NCBI GenBank assembly: GCA_964016885.1
Contig: OZ024740.1
Location: forward strand, 406,968,001 to 407,032,000
Reading direction: 5' to 3'
Length of the DNA stretch: 64,000 nucleotides
Source: Eledone cirrhosa
Lineage: Eukaryota
Made by a program: the position numbers and the translations under genes. Positions within the stretch are counted from its first letter, which is position 1; every line of letters begins with the position of its first letter. The notes under the pieces are model-generated. The model did no database searches, was not told the origin of the DNA, and saw only the letters and a program-made list of their open reading frames with translations. Shown one piece after another: positions 1-13,174 of the stretch.

Positions 1-645
1 TAGATAGACACTTTCCCATAGGTCATAAATACCGCTCCATCTTTAACCGACACAAAGTAAAACTAGGATACTCCTGTGCTAAGAACATGAAGGCCCACAT
101 CACCAGCAGCATTAGGAACAACACCCCACCAGGGTGCTCTTGCCGTAAGCCTGAAGCTTGCCCCCTTCAACAGCAATGCAACACACCCGCTGTAATGTAT
201 GAAGCTGTGGTCACTTCCAACCGACCAAACGAACCAGAGTAGGTCAAATCCTATGTGGGCATGGCGGAGGGCCGATTCAAGGAGCGTTTCCTGAACCACA
301 AGTCTACCTTCAGATACCCGGACAGACGTTCATCCACGAGACTCGCGAGCCACGTATGGTCCCTCAAGGACTCAAGTATAGGCTACTCCATTCAATGGAA
401 AGCCATCACTAAGTCCAAGCCATACGCAAGGGGAAATCCGACGTGTGGTTTATGTATTGACGAACGAATAACTATCCTAAGCTTCCTGTTCATATAACCA
501 TACACATCCGGAGCTGAAGATCCACTAAGGTGAAACAATTGCTCTCGGTATGGTCAACTAACTGTTGTGTAACCACTTCTACCTAATTCGTCCCTTGGAC
601 AGAGTGCTCTATCACTACGGATATTACCTTCCAGTGTTCCACCAC
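1..645 (+). mobile_element. Penelope-like element 3' fragment (GIY-YIG endonuclease remnant plus pseudo-LTR)
   Basis: ORF 255-497 and upstream frame read VMYEA...KSYVGMAEGRFKERFLNHKSTF...STRLASHVWSLK...IQWK...CGLCIDE, the C-terminal GIY-YIG of Penelope-like elements; in-frame stop near 240; followed by a hammerhead-like motif. Confidence 0.8.
508..548 (+). ncRNA. Degenerate minimal hammerhead ribozyme
   Basis: ccggag-CTGAAGA-tccactaaggt-GAAAC-aatt-GCT-ctcgg; stem I gag/ctc plus cc/gg, palindromic CAATTG in stem III; cleavage triplet reads GCU rather than NUH, so probably inactive. Confidence 0.55.
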
Positions 646-985
646 TCTATATATATATATATATAAATTTTAGTACAGCATTAACAAAGCTTTAGAACAC
701 GGCCAAGCTAACGAATGCATAATCGGTCTGTAGCTTTAGCACTAGGATGAGGAAGAACCCCAGAGTAATAACATTACGTTCAGACAGCTCAGCAAATCAG
801 ATATAGCGGTCGGCAGTCCAGCCAGATCACTAGAGCAACGAAAATACAGGACCCAGAAAAAGATTTTATACTGACCCGGACAGAGCGGTGAGGCTGAGTG
901 CAAAATATATAACTTACATCGTATATCACACAATATACATCACATAGAACACCCAACATCAGCGCTAAGTTTCTGCAAATCCAAG

Positions 986-986
986 A

Positions 987-1036
<50 letters not shown>

Positions 1037-1093
1037 CATATATATATATACATATATATACATATATATATATATATAAATATATATATACAC

Positions 1094-1162
<69 letters not shown>

Positions 1163-1417
1163 CATATATATATATACATCATCATCATCGTTTAACGTCC
1201 ATATTCCACGCTTGCATGGGTTTGGACGGGGGTTTTCCCACTTGAGGCAAGGGAGGTTGTCTTGCTCGCATAGGACTGTCTGGCAGGTTTTCTACGGCTG
1301 GATGCCCTTCCTAACACATTTACAGTGTGGAACTGGGAGGTTTTTACCGTGTTGCCTACACGGCCACATTACAGCGTGGACTGTGTGTTTTTTTGTCTCA
1401 CTGCCATGTAACATTGC

Positions 1418-1499
<82 letters not shown>

Positions 1500-1644
1500 C
1501 ATATATATATATACATATATATATATACATATATATATATACATATATATATATACATATATATACATATTAGAATTAGCCGTCGAAACGGCTTGAGCTC
1601 AGCCGTCGGGATCTTACTTGTTCCTATTACATATATATATATAC

Positions 1645-1709
<65 letters not shown>
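986..1709. repeat. (TA)n/(TATATATACA)n microsatellite tracts interrupted by TE fragments
   Basis: Direct inspection. Confidence 0.95.
1177..1418 (-). mobile_element. Internally deleted RTE LINE 3' end (subfamily A)
   Basis: (CAT)n tail and 3' UTR matching 1710-1940, joined directly to about 22 nt of RT-region coding sequence (tcactgccatgtaacattgct, AMLHGSE). Confidence 0.8.
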
Positions 1710-1715
<6 letters not shown>

Positions 1716-3652
1716 CATCATCAAGGTTTAGCGTCCGTGTTCCACGCTTGCATGGGTTTGGACGGGGGTTTTCCCACTTGAGGCAAGAGTGGTTGTCTTG
1801 CTCACATAGGACTGTCTGGCGGGTTTTCTACAGCTGGATGCCCTTCCTAACACCAACCACATTTACAGTGTGGGGCTGGGAGGTTTTTACCGTGTTGCCT
1901 ACAAGGCCACATTTACAGCGTGGACTGTGTGTTTTTTGTCGTGACACCTACACGATCTCATTTGTTTCGGCCTGGATGTTGTGGCACCAACATAACTTTA
2001 CATTGAAAGGGGCGGTGGGGGGTGTTTTGATAGAGATGCCTACTGACTGTAGTAGGTTTTACTTTGTATTTAGGTAAGGCGGGTCTTCTCTATTACTGAG
2101 TACCGTCAAAGGTCTCGGTCCAGTGACATTGTCTTGGAGAGGTGTAAGTGTGTGAGGTCGGAATTTATCATGTCGTCCCAGGTTTTTCTGGGTCTGCCTA
2201 CTTCGTGGCTACCATCTATCTTTATTGCCCTGCACTTTGTTATACAGCTGTCGTCTTTCATGCGCATCACGTGACCGTACCAACGTAGCCTTCTCTCGAG
2301 TAAACAACATCTGATCCCTCTTATTTCTAATTTTTTCCTTAGTTCGTTTATGCTTAGCCGTTCACGTATATTACTATTGCACATCCAGCGGAGCATGCAA
2401 GCTTCATTCCTCTCTAGTCTGCGTATATCCTCTGCACACAATACCCAGATCTCACTGCCATGCAGCATTGCTGTTCGTATGCAGGCATCGTATAACCTGC
2501 CTTTCATTTTTAGGGAGAACCCTTTAGCGGCTAATAGTGGTATAAGCTCTCTGAACTTTTTCCATCCAGTTCTGACTCTAGCTACTGTACTTTCAGAGCA
2601 CCCTCCCCCACTGCTGATTTTGTCACCCAGGTAACGGAAGCTGTCCACTATTTCTATAGAACCCTCTGCGCAATTGAAAGAGCTAGTATTTTGTGGGCAC
2701 TTGCTACTACTTATTGCACCAGAGCACTGGCCACATGTAAAATCTATGTTCTTAGTTAGCTTACCTGTGATCCCACTACATCTTTTATGCACCCATACTT
2801 TGCATTTGGGACATAAAATGGAGTTTCTACCTACGCCTTTCCTACACACTGAGCAGGGCCATTTCCCGGAAGGGACCGCCGCCTTATTTTCTTTCCTACA
2901 AACTAGAACTTTAGTCTTAGCCAGGTTAATTTTAAGGCCTTTTGATTCTAGGCCGTGCTTACATGTTTGGAATTTCTTCTCTAGCTCGGCCATTGATTCA
3001 GCTATGAGCGTTAGATCATCTGCGTATAGGAGTTCCCATGGGCAGCCGGTCTTGAACTCCTCTGTTATAGCCTGAAGGGCAATAATAAATAGTAGGGGGC
3101 TAAGAACAGAGCCCTGATGGACACCAACTTTTACGCTAAACTCTTCACTATATTCGTTGTTAATTCTAACCTTGCTGACTGTTTCTTTATACATGGCTTG
3201 TATAGCTCTCACAAGCCATTCGTCAACGCCTAGTTTTCTAAGAGCCCACCAGATAATGGAACGGGGGACTCTGTCGAAGGCTTTCTCCAAGTCAACAAAA
3301 GCTAAGTATAGGGGTTTACTTTTAGCTAGGTACTTCTCCTGTAGTTGTCGTACAATGAAAAGAGCGTCTGTGGTACTTTTGCCTGACACAAACCCGAACT
3401 GCATTTCATCTAGATCAATTCTCTCTCTGATTAGTTGCGCTATTACTTTTTCCGTGACCTTCATGACCTGGTCGATTAATTTAATGCCTCTATAGTTACT
3501 CCTATCTAGGGCATCTCCTTTACCCTTGTAACAGTTAATGATGATGTTGCTATGCCAGTCCTTCGGAACAACCCCATTCTGTATGACTTGGTTTACTATC
3601 CGGGTGACCATGGTGTGTCACACCGTTCCAGAGGCTTTCAGCATCTCAGCAA
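1710..3652 (-). mobile_element. RTE-clade LINE, subfamily A, 5'-truncated (RT with inserted PHD finger)
   Basis: ORF 2106-3611 with NYRGIKL, QFGF, FVDLEKAFDRV, GVHQGSVLSPLLF, LLYADD, YLG, RLRWYGHVMR, GRPRKTW; (ATG)n 3' tail; no ORF1. Confidence 0.95.
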
Positions 3653-3707
3653 TATATACATATATACATATATATATATACATATATATATATACATATA
3701 TATATAC

Positions 3708-3776
<69 letters not shown>

Positions 3777-4057
3777 CATATATATATATACATATACATA
3801 TATATATACATATATATATACATATATATATACATATATATATATATACATATATATATACATATATATATATACATATATATATATATACATATATATA
3901 TACATATATACATATATATATACATATATATATACATATACATATATACATATATATATATACATATATATATACATATATACATATATATATATACATA
4001 TATACATATACATATACATATATATATATACATATATATATACATATATATATATAC

Positions 4058-4104
<47 letters not shown>

Positions 4105-4176
4105 CATATATATATATACATATATACATATATATATATACATATATACATATATATATATACATATATATATATA
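3653..4176. repeat. (TA)n/(TATATACA)n microsatellite, about 520 bp
   Basis: Direct inspection. Confidence 0.95.
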
Positions 4177-6389
4177 TTCAAGCATGTTTTGCAACGTGAG
4201 GACCAGAAACAGGAGGTATTCAAGATTGCGAGGCAGTGTGTCAGAGATAGTTGTGATGTCATTGGAGAGAAGTGTATCCGGAATGATAAAGGTGAGCTTG
4301 CCCTCACAAGTGCTGAGAAGAAAGATGCATGGAAGAGTCATTACGATAGATTACTAAATGAGGAGAATGCATGGGAAGAAGAGACCCTACCCCAAGTAGA
4401 CCCTATAGAGGGGCCAGCAGTACAAGTCAGCAGCAGCGTAGTTAGTAAGGCAATCAAAGATATGTAGATGGGGAAGGCAACCGGTCCATCGGGTATAGCT
4501 GCCGAGATGCTGAAGGCATCTGGGTCTGTAGGTCACACTATAACCACACGTATCGTTAACCAGGTAATACTAGAAGGGGCCATACCAAAAGATTGGTGCA
4601 GTAGAATCATTGTCAACTGCTACAAAGGTAAAGGTGATGCACTCGATAGAGGAAACTATAGAGGTATAAAGCTGATGGACCAGGTCATGAAAATAACAGA
4701 AAGAGTTATAGCACAGTTGATTAGGGACTGGGTGAAACTAGATGAGATGCAATTTGGCTTTGTACCAGGAAGAGGCACCACTGATGCCCTCTTCCTTGTG
4801 AGGCAATTACAGGAAAAGTACCTAGCTAAAAGTAAGCCACTCTACCTGGCATTCGTCGATCTCGAGAAAGCCTTTGACAGAGTTCCACGTGCTGTAATCT
4901 GGTGGGCTCTTAGAAAACTAGGAGTAGATGAATGGCTTGTGAGAGCTGTACAAGCCATGTATAGGGGAGCAGTCAGCAAAGTTAGGATTAGCAATGAGTA
5001 TAGCGAGGAATTTAGCGTACAGGTTGGAGTCCACCAGGGCTCTGTTCTTAGCCCTCTCCTGTTCATCATAGTCCTGCAGGCAATAACGGAGGAGTTTAAG
5101 ACCGGATGCCCATGGGAACTCCTGTATGCTGATGACCTCGCACTTATAGCTGAATCTATGGTAGAACTAGAGAAGAAATTCCAAACTTGGAAGTAAGGAC
5201 TAGGAAGAAAGGGTCTCAAAGTCAACATGACAAAGACTAAGGTCCTTGTAAGTAGACGAGAAAACAGAACCCAGATCCCCTCAGGGAAATGGCCTTGCTC
5301 AGTATGTAGGAAAGGTGTAGGTAGGAACTCCATTCTCTGCCCCAAATGCAAACAATGGGTACACAAGAGATGTAGCGGGATCTCAGGAAGCTTAATTAAG
5401 AATGTAGGCTTCACATGCAGCAACTGTACTGGGACAGCAAGCAGCAAACAGCCACAGGAAACAAGTACCACCAATCTCTGGGAGGGCTCTGTAGAGACAG
5501 TAGACAGCTTCTGCTACCTAGGTGACCGAATTAGCAGCGGAGGTGGGTGTTCAGAAAGTACAATTACTAGGGAAAGAACGGGATGGAAGAAGTTCAGGGA
5601 ACTACTACCACTGCTAGCTGCAAAAGGCTTCTCCCTCAAAATGAAAGGCAGACTGTATGATGCGTGTATCCGAACAGCAATGTTACATGGTAGTGAGACC
5701 TGGGTGCTGAAGGTGGAAGACTTATGTAGATTATAGAGAAACGAAGCCTGCATGCTCCGATGGATGTGTAATAGTAATATACGTGAACGACAAAGCATAA
5801 AGGAATTGAGAGAGAGACTGAGCATAAGAGGAATCAAATGCTGTGTGCAGGAGAGGCGGTTGCATTGGTATGGACATGTGATGCGTATGAAGGATGACAG
5901 CTGCATAAAAAGGTGCAGAGCACTAGAAGTCGATGGAAACCGCGGAGTGGGGAGACCCAAGATGACCTGGGATGAGGTGATAAAAGCCGACCTTACCCAA
6001 TTACACCTCTCAAAGGCGATGACACACGACCGTGACCTCTGGTGTCACGCAGTAATACAGAGTACCCGACCTCCCATGGGTACAAGCTGAAGCATATAGA
6101 CAATATGCCCTCACACCCTCCCACTGCAAGGTGGTCGTGGAGGTGCCATGGCAAAAAAGCACCCAGCCCACACTGTAAAGTGGACGTGTAGGCGCCACGA
6201 AAAAGCACCCAGCACTCACTGTAAATGAGGTTGGTGTTAGGAAGGGCATCCAGCTGTAGAAATCAAGCTAAAAATTAGTTCCTGTATGAGCAAGGCATGG
6301 TCAGCCAACCAGACACTGCCCACAACAGGACAACCCGTCTAACCCATGCTAGCGTGGAAGAACGAACTTAAAACGGTGATGATGATGAT
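4177..6389 (+). mobile_element. RTE-clade LINE, subfamily B, 5'-truncated, several stop codons
   Basis: ORFs 4468-5196, 5227-5736 and 5752-6090 form a broken RT+PHD frame; codons diverge from subfamily A; different 3' UTR ending aaacggtgatgatgatg. Confidence 0.95.
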
Positions 6390-6507
6390 ACATATATATA
6401 TACATATATATATATATATACATATATATATATTTACATATATATATATATACATATATATATACACATATACGTGTATATATATATATATACATATAAA
6501 TATATAT

Positions 6508-8964
6508 ATCATCATCGTTTAACGTCCATATTCCACGCTTGCATGGGTTTGGACGGGAGTTTTCCCACTTGAGGCAAGAGTGGTTGTCTTGCTCGCATAG
6601 GACTATCTGGCGGGTTTTCTACAGCTGGATGCCCTTCCTAACGCCAACCACATTTACAGTGTGGGACTGGGAGGTTTTTACCGTGTTACCTACACGGCCA
6701 CATTACAGCATGGACTGTGTGTTTTTATTTTGTCGTGACACCTACACAACCTCATTTGTTTCGGCCTGGATGTTGTGGCACCAACATAACTTTACATTGA
6801 AAGGGGCAGTGTGGATGGGGTGGGGGTGTATTTTGTTAGAGGTGCCTACTGACTGTAGTAGGTTTTACTTTGTATTTAGGTAAGGCGGGTCTTCTCTATT
6901 ACTGAGTACCGCCAAAGATCTTGGTCCAGTGACATTGTCATGGAGAGGTGTAAGTGTGTGAGGTCGGAATTTATCAAGTCGTCCCAGGTTTTTCTCTGGG
7001 TCTGCCTACTACGTGGCTACCATCTATCTTTATTGCCCTGCACTGTTTTATACAGCTGTCGTCTTTCATGCGCATCACGTGACTGTACCAACGTAGCCTT
7101 CTCTCAAGTAAACAACATCTGATCCCTCTTATTTCTAATTTTTCCCTTAGTTCGTTAATGCTTTGCCGTTCACGTATATTACTATTACACATCCAGCGGA
7201 GCATGCAAGCTTCGTTCCTCTCTAGTCTGCGTATATCCTCTGCACACAATGCCCAGGTCTCACTGCCATGCAACATTGCTGTTCGTATGCAGGCATCATA
7301 CAACCTGCCTTTCATTTTTAGGGAGAACCCTTTAGCGGCTAATAGTGGTATAAGCTCTCTGAACTTTTTCCATCCAGTTCTGACTCTAGCTACTGTACTT
7401 TCAGAGCACCCTCCCCCACTGCTGATTTTGTCACCCAGGTAACGGAAGCTGTCCACTATTTCTATAGAACCCTCTGCGCAATTGAAAGAGCTAGTATTTT
7501 GTGGGCACTTGCTGCTACTTATTGCACCAGAGCACCGGCCACATGTAAAATCTATGTTCTTAGTTTGCTTACCTGTGATCCCACTACATCTTTTATGCAC
7601 CCATACTTTGCATTTGGGACATAAAATGGAGTTTCTACCTACGCCTTTCCTACACACTGAGCAGGGCCATTTCCCGGAAGGGACCGCCGCCTTATTTTCT
7701 TTCCTACAAACTAGAACTTTAGTCTTAGACAAGTTAACTTTAAGACCTTTTGATTCTAGGCCATGCTTCCATGTTTGGAATTTCTTCTCTAGCTCAGCCA
7801 TTGAATCAGCTATGAGCGTTAGATCATCTGCGTATAGGAGTTCCCATGGGCAGCCGGTCTTGAACTTCACTGTTATAGCCTGAAGGGCAATAATAAATAG
7901 TAGGGGGCTAAGAACAGAGCCCTGATGAACACCAACTTTTACGCTAAACTCTTCACTATATTCGTTGTTAATTCTAACCTTGCTGACTGTTTCTTTATAC
8001 ATGGCTTGTATAGCTCTCACAAGCCATTCATCAACACCTAGTTTTCTAAGAGCCCACCAGATAATGGAACAGGGGACTCTGTCGAAGCTAAGTATAGGGG
8101 TTTACTTTTAGCTAGGTACTTCTCCTGTAGTTGTCGTACAATGAAAAGAGCGTCTGTGGTACTTTTGCCTGACACAAACCCGAACTGCATTTCATCTAGA
8201 TCAATTCTCTCTCTGATTAGTTGCGCTATTACTTTTTCCGTAACCTTCATGACCTGGTCGATTAATTTAATGCCTCTATAGTTACTCCTATCTAGGGCAT
8301 CTCCTTTACCCTTGTAATAGTTAATGATGATGCTGCTACGCCAGTCCTTCGGAACAACCCCATTCTGTATGACTTGGTTTACTATCCAGGTGACCATGGT
8401 GTGTCCCACCGTTCCAGAGGCTTTCAGCATCTCAGCAACTATTTCCGAAGGCCCAGCCGCCTTACCCGTCTTCATATCTTTGATTGCCTTACTTATTATA
8501 CTACCTTCGACTAACACTGCTGATCCCTCTATTGGGTCGATGTGGGGAGACTGTCTTTCTCCTATTTATTCTCCTCATTTAGTAGCCTTTCGTAGTGACA
8601 CTTCCAAGCTACCTTCTTATCATTGTCAGTGATGGCAAGTACACCATCATCATTAAGGACACACTTCTCCCTGACAATATCACGGTTTTCCTTGACACAT
8701 TGCCTAGCAATCCTGAACACCTCACGTTTTTGGTCCTCGCGTTGTAGAACATGCTTGAACTTTCTTTCCTCTGCTTCCCTTCTTGCGAAGTACACTTGTC
8801 TCCTAGCTTCCCTCCTGGCCACTTGATAGTCTTCTCTACTTCCCCCATCCCGCCATACTTTCCAAGCCTGCTTTTTGGCCTTAATTGACTCCTCCACCTT
8901 ACTGTTCCACCACCATGTTACCCTCCTCCTGCCTATAGGCCTGCTCCAGCCACAGACTTCGTCA
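6508..8964 (-). mobile_element. RTE-clade LINE, subfamily A, 5'-truncated, frameshifted
   Basis: ORFs 6974-8020, 8038-8517 and 8562-8897; small deletion near 8088 removes FVDLEKA; (CAT)n tail at 6508. Confidence 0.95.
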
Positions 8965-9339
8965 TATATATATATATAAACCTGTTACGAGGTACGAATC
9001 TCAGAATTTGTCAACGCTTATTAATGGTCAGACCTCGTCGTCCCCTGCGAAATGTAATGTAAATGCCATTTTTCTTATCTCTCCAGCCTATCGGTCCATT
9101 CATTCATATATCTGTATCATCGCCCAGAATCCAATCTTTTGCTCTCTCTCAATGCTATTCTATAATTCTGTCTGGTTGTTCTAAATAATCTTCTTGTATT
9201 TTAAAACCCCATTATTCGCTTATTATTACTGTTATATGCTTGTCCAATTATGCCCAAAATTCGAAGATTTTATTTAAACCCTCTCGCTAACTACCCCATA
9301 CTCCTCCCACCCACCCCCACTCTCCACCATTATTATTAG

Positions 9340-12300
9340 GACCAATCATAAGTCAGCGGCCTATGCTATCACTTCTGGTTGCTTGCCGATATGATGGATG
9401 GACTATGGAATTCTGGAGAGTCTGAAAAATCTGGACACTCAGTGACAATGCCAAAGATAAAGACAAATTCACCTCATAACCCAAAACCCATCTCCCATCC
9501 CCGCACCCCACCTTTCCTACCCACCAAACTTCAGAGTTGGTACCATGAATGTAGGCACATTAAAAGGTCACTCTAACGAGGTTGTAGAAATGCTTGAACG
9601 TAAGGAGGTTGATGTTTGCTGTATCCAAGAGACCAGGTGGAGGGGTGGGTCTGCTAGATTTATTGTGGGTAAAAAATGATGCTATAAGCTTTTCTGGGGG
9701 GGAAATGAAAATGGGCTGGGTGGGGTAGGAATCATGTTAGCAGAAAAATGAGTAGATAAAATAATAGACGTAAATAGAGTGAACGACAGAATAATTAAAA
9801 TAAGACTTGTCCTAAATAGAACTACTGTGACAGTAATATCTGCATATGCACCCCAATCCGGACTGCCTGGCGCTATAAAAGACAGATTCTATGAGACATT
9901 GATACTCACTACCTCCCAAATAACCGACAGTGACTACATAATTATTGCTGGTGACCTAAATGGTCACGTTGGACAACATTGTGATGGCTATAACGGAATC
10001 CATGGAGGCTATGGGTTTGGTACTAGAAATGAGGAAGGCTCCAGAATCCTGGAATTCTGTGATGCAAATAACCTAACTATCTGTAACACTAACTTCAAAA
10101 AAAGAGACAATCACTTGATCACCTACAGATCAGAGGAACATACCAGCCAGGTAGATTATATCCTTACCAGAAGACGTGACAGAGTGTCTGTTGTAAACAC
10201 TAAATCCCTCCCCCATGAAGAATGCACCTCCCAACATAGACTCATAGTCAGGACAAGACGTGCTCGACAACAGAGGAGGACTATCCTCAGGAGAAAAATA
10301 TGGAAGCTAAAGGACCCCACAGCCAGTAAATTTAAAAGCATATTACTTGATGCTTTCGACAGTAAGGAAAAGCAATTAGAGTTGTACAATATAGAGGAAC
10401 AGTGGGAATTCCTGAAAGCTAACCTGCTGAAGGCGGCAGATGATGTCTGTGGCTGCAGCAGGCCTATAGGCAGGAGGAGAGTAACGTGGTAGTGGAACAG
10501 TAAGGTGGAGGAGTCAATTAAGGCCAAAAAGCAGGCTTGGAAAGTATGGCAGGATGGGGGAAGTAGAGAAGACTATCAAGTGGCCAGGAGGGAAGCTAGG
10601 AGACAAGTGTACTTCGCAAGAAGGGAAGCAGAGGAAAGAAAGTTCAAGCATGTTCTACAACGCGAGGACCAAAAACGTGAGGTGTTCAGGATTGCTAGGC
10701 AATGTGTCAAGGAAAACCGTGATATTGTCAGGGAGAAGTGTGTCCTTAATGATGATGGTGTACTTGCCATCACTGACAATGATAAGAAGTAGCTTGGAAG
10801 TGTCACTACGAAAGGCTACTAAATGAGGAGAATAAATGGGAGAAAGACAGTCTCCCCCACATCGATCCAATAGAGGGACCAGCAGTGCTAGTTGAAGGTA
10901 GTATAAGTAAGGCAATCAAAGATATGAAGATGGGTAAGGCGGCTAGGCCTTCGGAAATAGTTGCTGAAATGCTGAAAGTATCTGGAACGGTGGGACACAC
11001 TATGGTCACCCGGATAATAAACCAAGTCATACAGAATGGGGCCATTCTGAAGGACTGGCGTAGCAGCATCATCATTAACTGTTACAAGGGTAAAGGAGAT
11101 GCCCTAGATAGGAGTAACTATAGAGGCATTAAATTAATCGACCAGGTCATGAAGGTCACAGAAAAAGCAATAGCGCAACTAATCAGAGAACGAATTGATC
11201 TAGATGAAATGCAGTTCGGGTTTGTGTCAGGTAAAAGTACAACAGACGCCTTTTTCATTGTAGAACTACAGGAGAAGTACCTAGCTAAAAGTAAACCCCT
11301 ATACTTAGCTTTTGTTGACTTGGAGAAAGCCTTTGAGAGAGTCCCCCGCTCCATTATCTGGTGGGCGCTTAGAAAACTATGTGTCGATGAATGGCTTGTG
11401 AGAGCTATACAAGCCATGTATAAAGAAACAGTCAGCAAGGTTAGAATTAACAACGAATATAGTGAAGAGTTTAGTGTAAATGTTGGTGTTCATCAGGGCT
11501 CCGTTCTTAGCCCCCTACTATTTATTATTGCCCCTCAGGCTATAACAGAGGAGTTCAAGACCAGCTGCCCATGGGAACTCCTATATGCAGATTATCTAAC
11601 GCTCATAGCTGAATCAATGGCTGAACTAGAGAAGAAATTCCAAACATGGAAGCATGGCCTAGAATCAAAAGGCCTTAAAGTTAACTTGTCTAAGACTAAA
11701 GTTCTAGTTTATAGGAAGGAAAATAGGGCACCGGTCCCATCTGGAAAATGGCCCTGCTCAGTGTGTAGGAAAGGAGTAGGCAGAAACTCCATTTCATGTC
11801 CCAAATGCAAAGTATGGGTGCATAAAAGATGTAGTGGGATCACAGGTAAGCTAACTAAGAATATAGATTTTATATGTGGCCGGTGCTCTGGTGCAATAAA
11901 TAGCAGCAAGTGCCCACAGAATACTAGCTCATTCCATTGCACAGATGGTTCTATAGAAATAGTGGACAGCTTCCGTTACCTGGGTGACAAAATCAGCAGT
12001 TGGGGAGGGTGCTCTGAAAGTACAGTAGCTAGAGTCAGAACGGGATGGAAAAACTTCAGAGAGCTTATACCACTATTGGCCGCTAAAGGGTTCTCTCTAA
12101 AAATGAAAGGCAGGCTGTATGATGCCTGCATACGAACAGCAATGTTACATGGCAGTGAGACCTGGGCATTGTGTGCAGAGGATATACACAGACTGGAAAG
12201 AAACGAAGCTTGCATGCTCCGCTGGATGTGTAATAGTAATATACGTGAACGGCAAAGCATAAACGAACTTAGGGAGAAATTAGGAATAAGAGGGATCAGA

Positions 12301-12918
12301 TGTTGTTTACTCGAGAGAAGACTACGTTAGTATGGTCACGTGATGCGCATGAAAGACGAGAGCTGTATAAAAAAGTGCAGGGCGATAAAAATAGATGGTA
12401 GCCACGGAGTAGGCAGACCCAGAAAAACCTTGGACGACTTGATAAATTCCGACCTCACACACTTACACCTCTCCAAGACAATGTCACTGGACCGAGATCT
12501 TTGGCGCTACACAGTCATACAGAAGACCCGCCTTGCCTAAGTACAAAGCGAAACCTAGTCAGTAGGCATCTCTAACAAAATACACCCCGTCTCACTACCC
12601 CCACCTCATCCACACCACCCCCTTAATGTGAAGTTATGTTGGTACCACAACATCCAGTTCGAAACAAATGAGGTCGTGTAGGTGTCACGACAAAAAAACA
12701 CACAGTCCATGCTGTAATGTGGCTGTGTAGGTAACACGGTAAAAACCTCCCAGTCCACACTGTAAACGTGGTTGGTGTTGGGAAAGGCACCCAGCCATAG
12801 AAAACCCGCCAGACAGTCCTATACGAGCAGGACAACAAATCTTGCCTCAAGTGGGAAAACTCCCGTCCAAACCCATGCAAGCGTGGAAGATGGACGTTAA
12901 ACGATGATGATGATGATG
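9340..12918 (+). mobile_element. Near full-length RTE-clade LINE, subfamily A (AP endonuclease + RT + PHD), inactivated
   Basis: FRVGTMNVGTL...VCCIQETRW near 9530-9640, SAYAPQ, GDLNGHVG, QVDYIL, SQHRL (APE motifs), RT ORF 10885-12330, stops and frameshifts, (ATG)n tail at 12903-12918; 5' boundary approximate. Confidence 0.93.
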
Positions 12919-13123
12919 TATATATGTATATATATGCATATATATATATACACACATATATATACACACACATACATATATATGTGTGTGTGTGTGTATA
13001 TATGTATATATATAGTAATAATAATAAAATTGAAGACTAAAATCCAAAGAGGGCTCGATAAGGAAAATATATATCAAATATATAAGAACCGTAGAGCAAA
13101 TATTTATTAAAATAACAGATTAA

Positions 13124-13174
13124 AGTTTAAGCAAAGAATCTCTGCTTTCACCCTTAACGGGATCTTCTGAAACT
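13124..13174 (-). ncRNA. Hammerhead ribozyme variant (core CAGAAGA) in pseudo-LTR
   Basis: Reverse complement: agttt-CAGAAGA-tccc gttaa gggt-GAAA-gcagag att ctttgc-TT-aaact; stems I, II and III all pair; triplet CUU. Confidence 0.6.

Noticed and set aside
2350-3495. Antisense ORFs recurring in each RTE copy
   Set aside because: Shadow frames of the RT ORF with no recognisable domain.
789-4341. YI/IY-rich ORFs
   Set aside because: Translations of (TA)n microsatellites; the same applies to those at about 16.1-17.3 kb and 38.8-39.1 kb.
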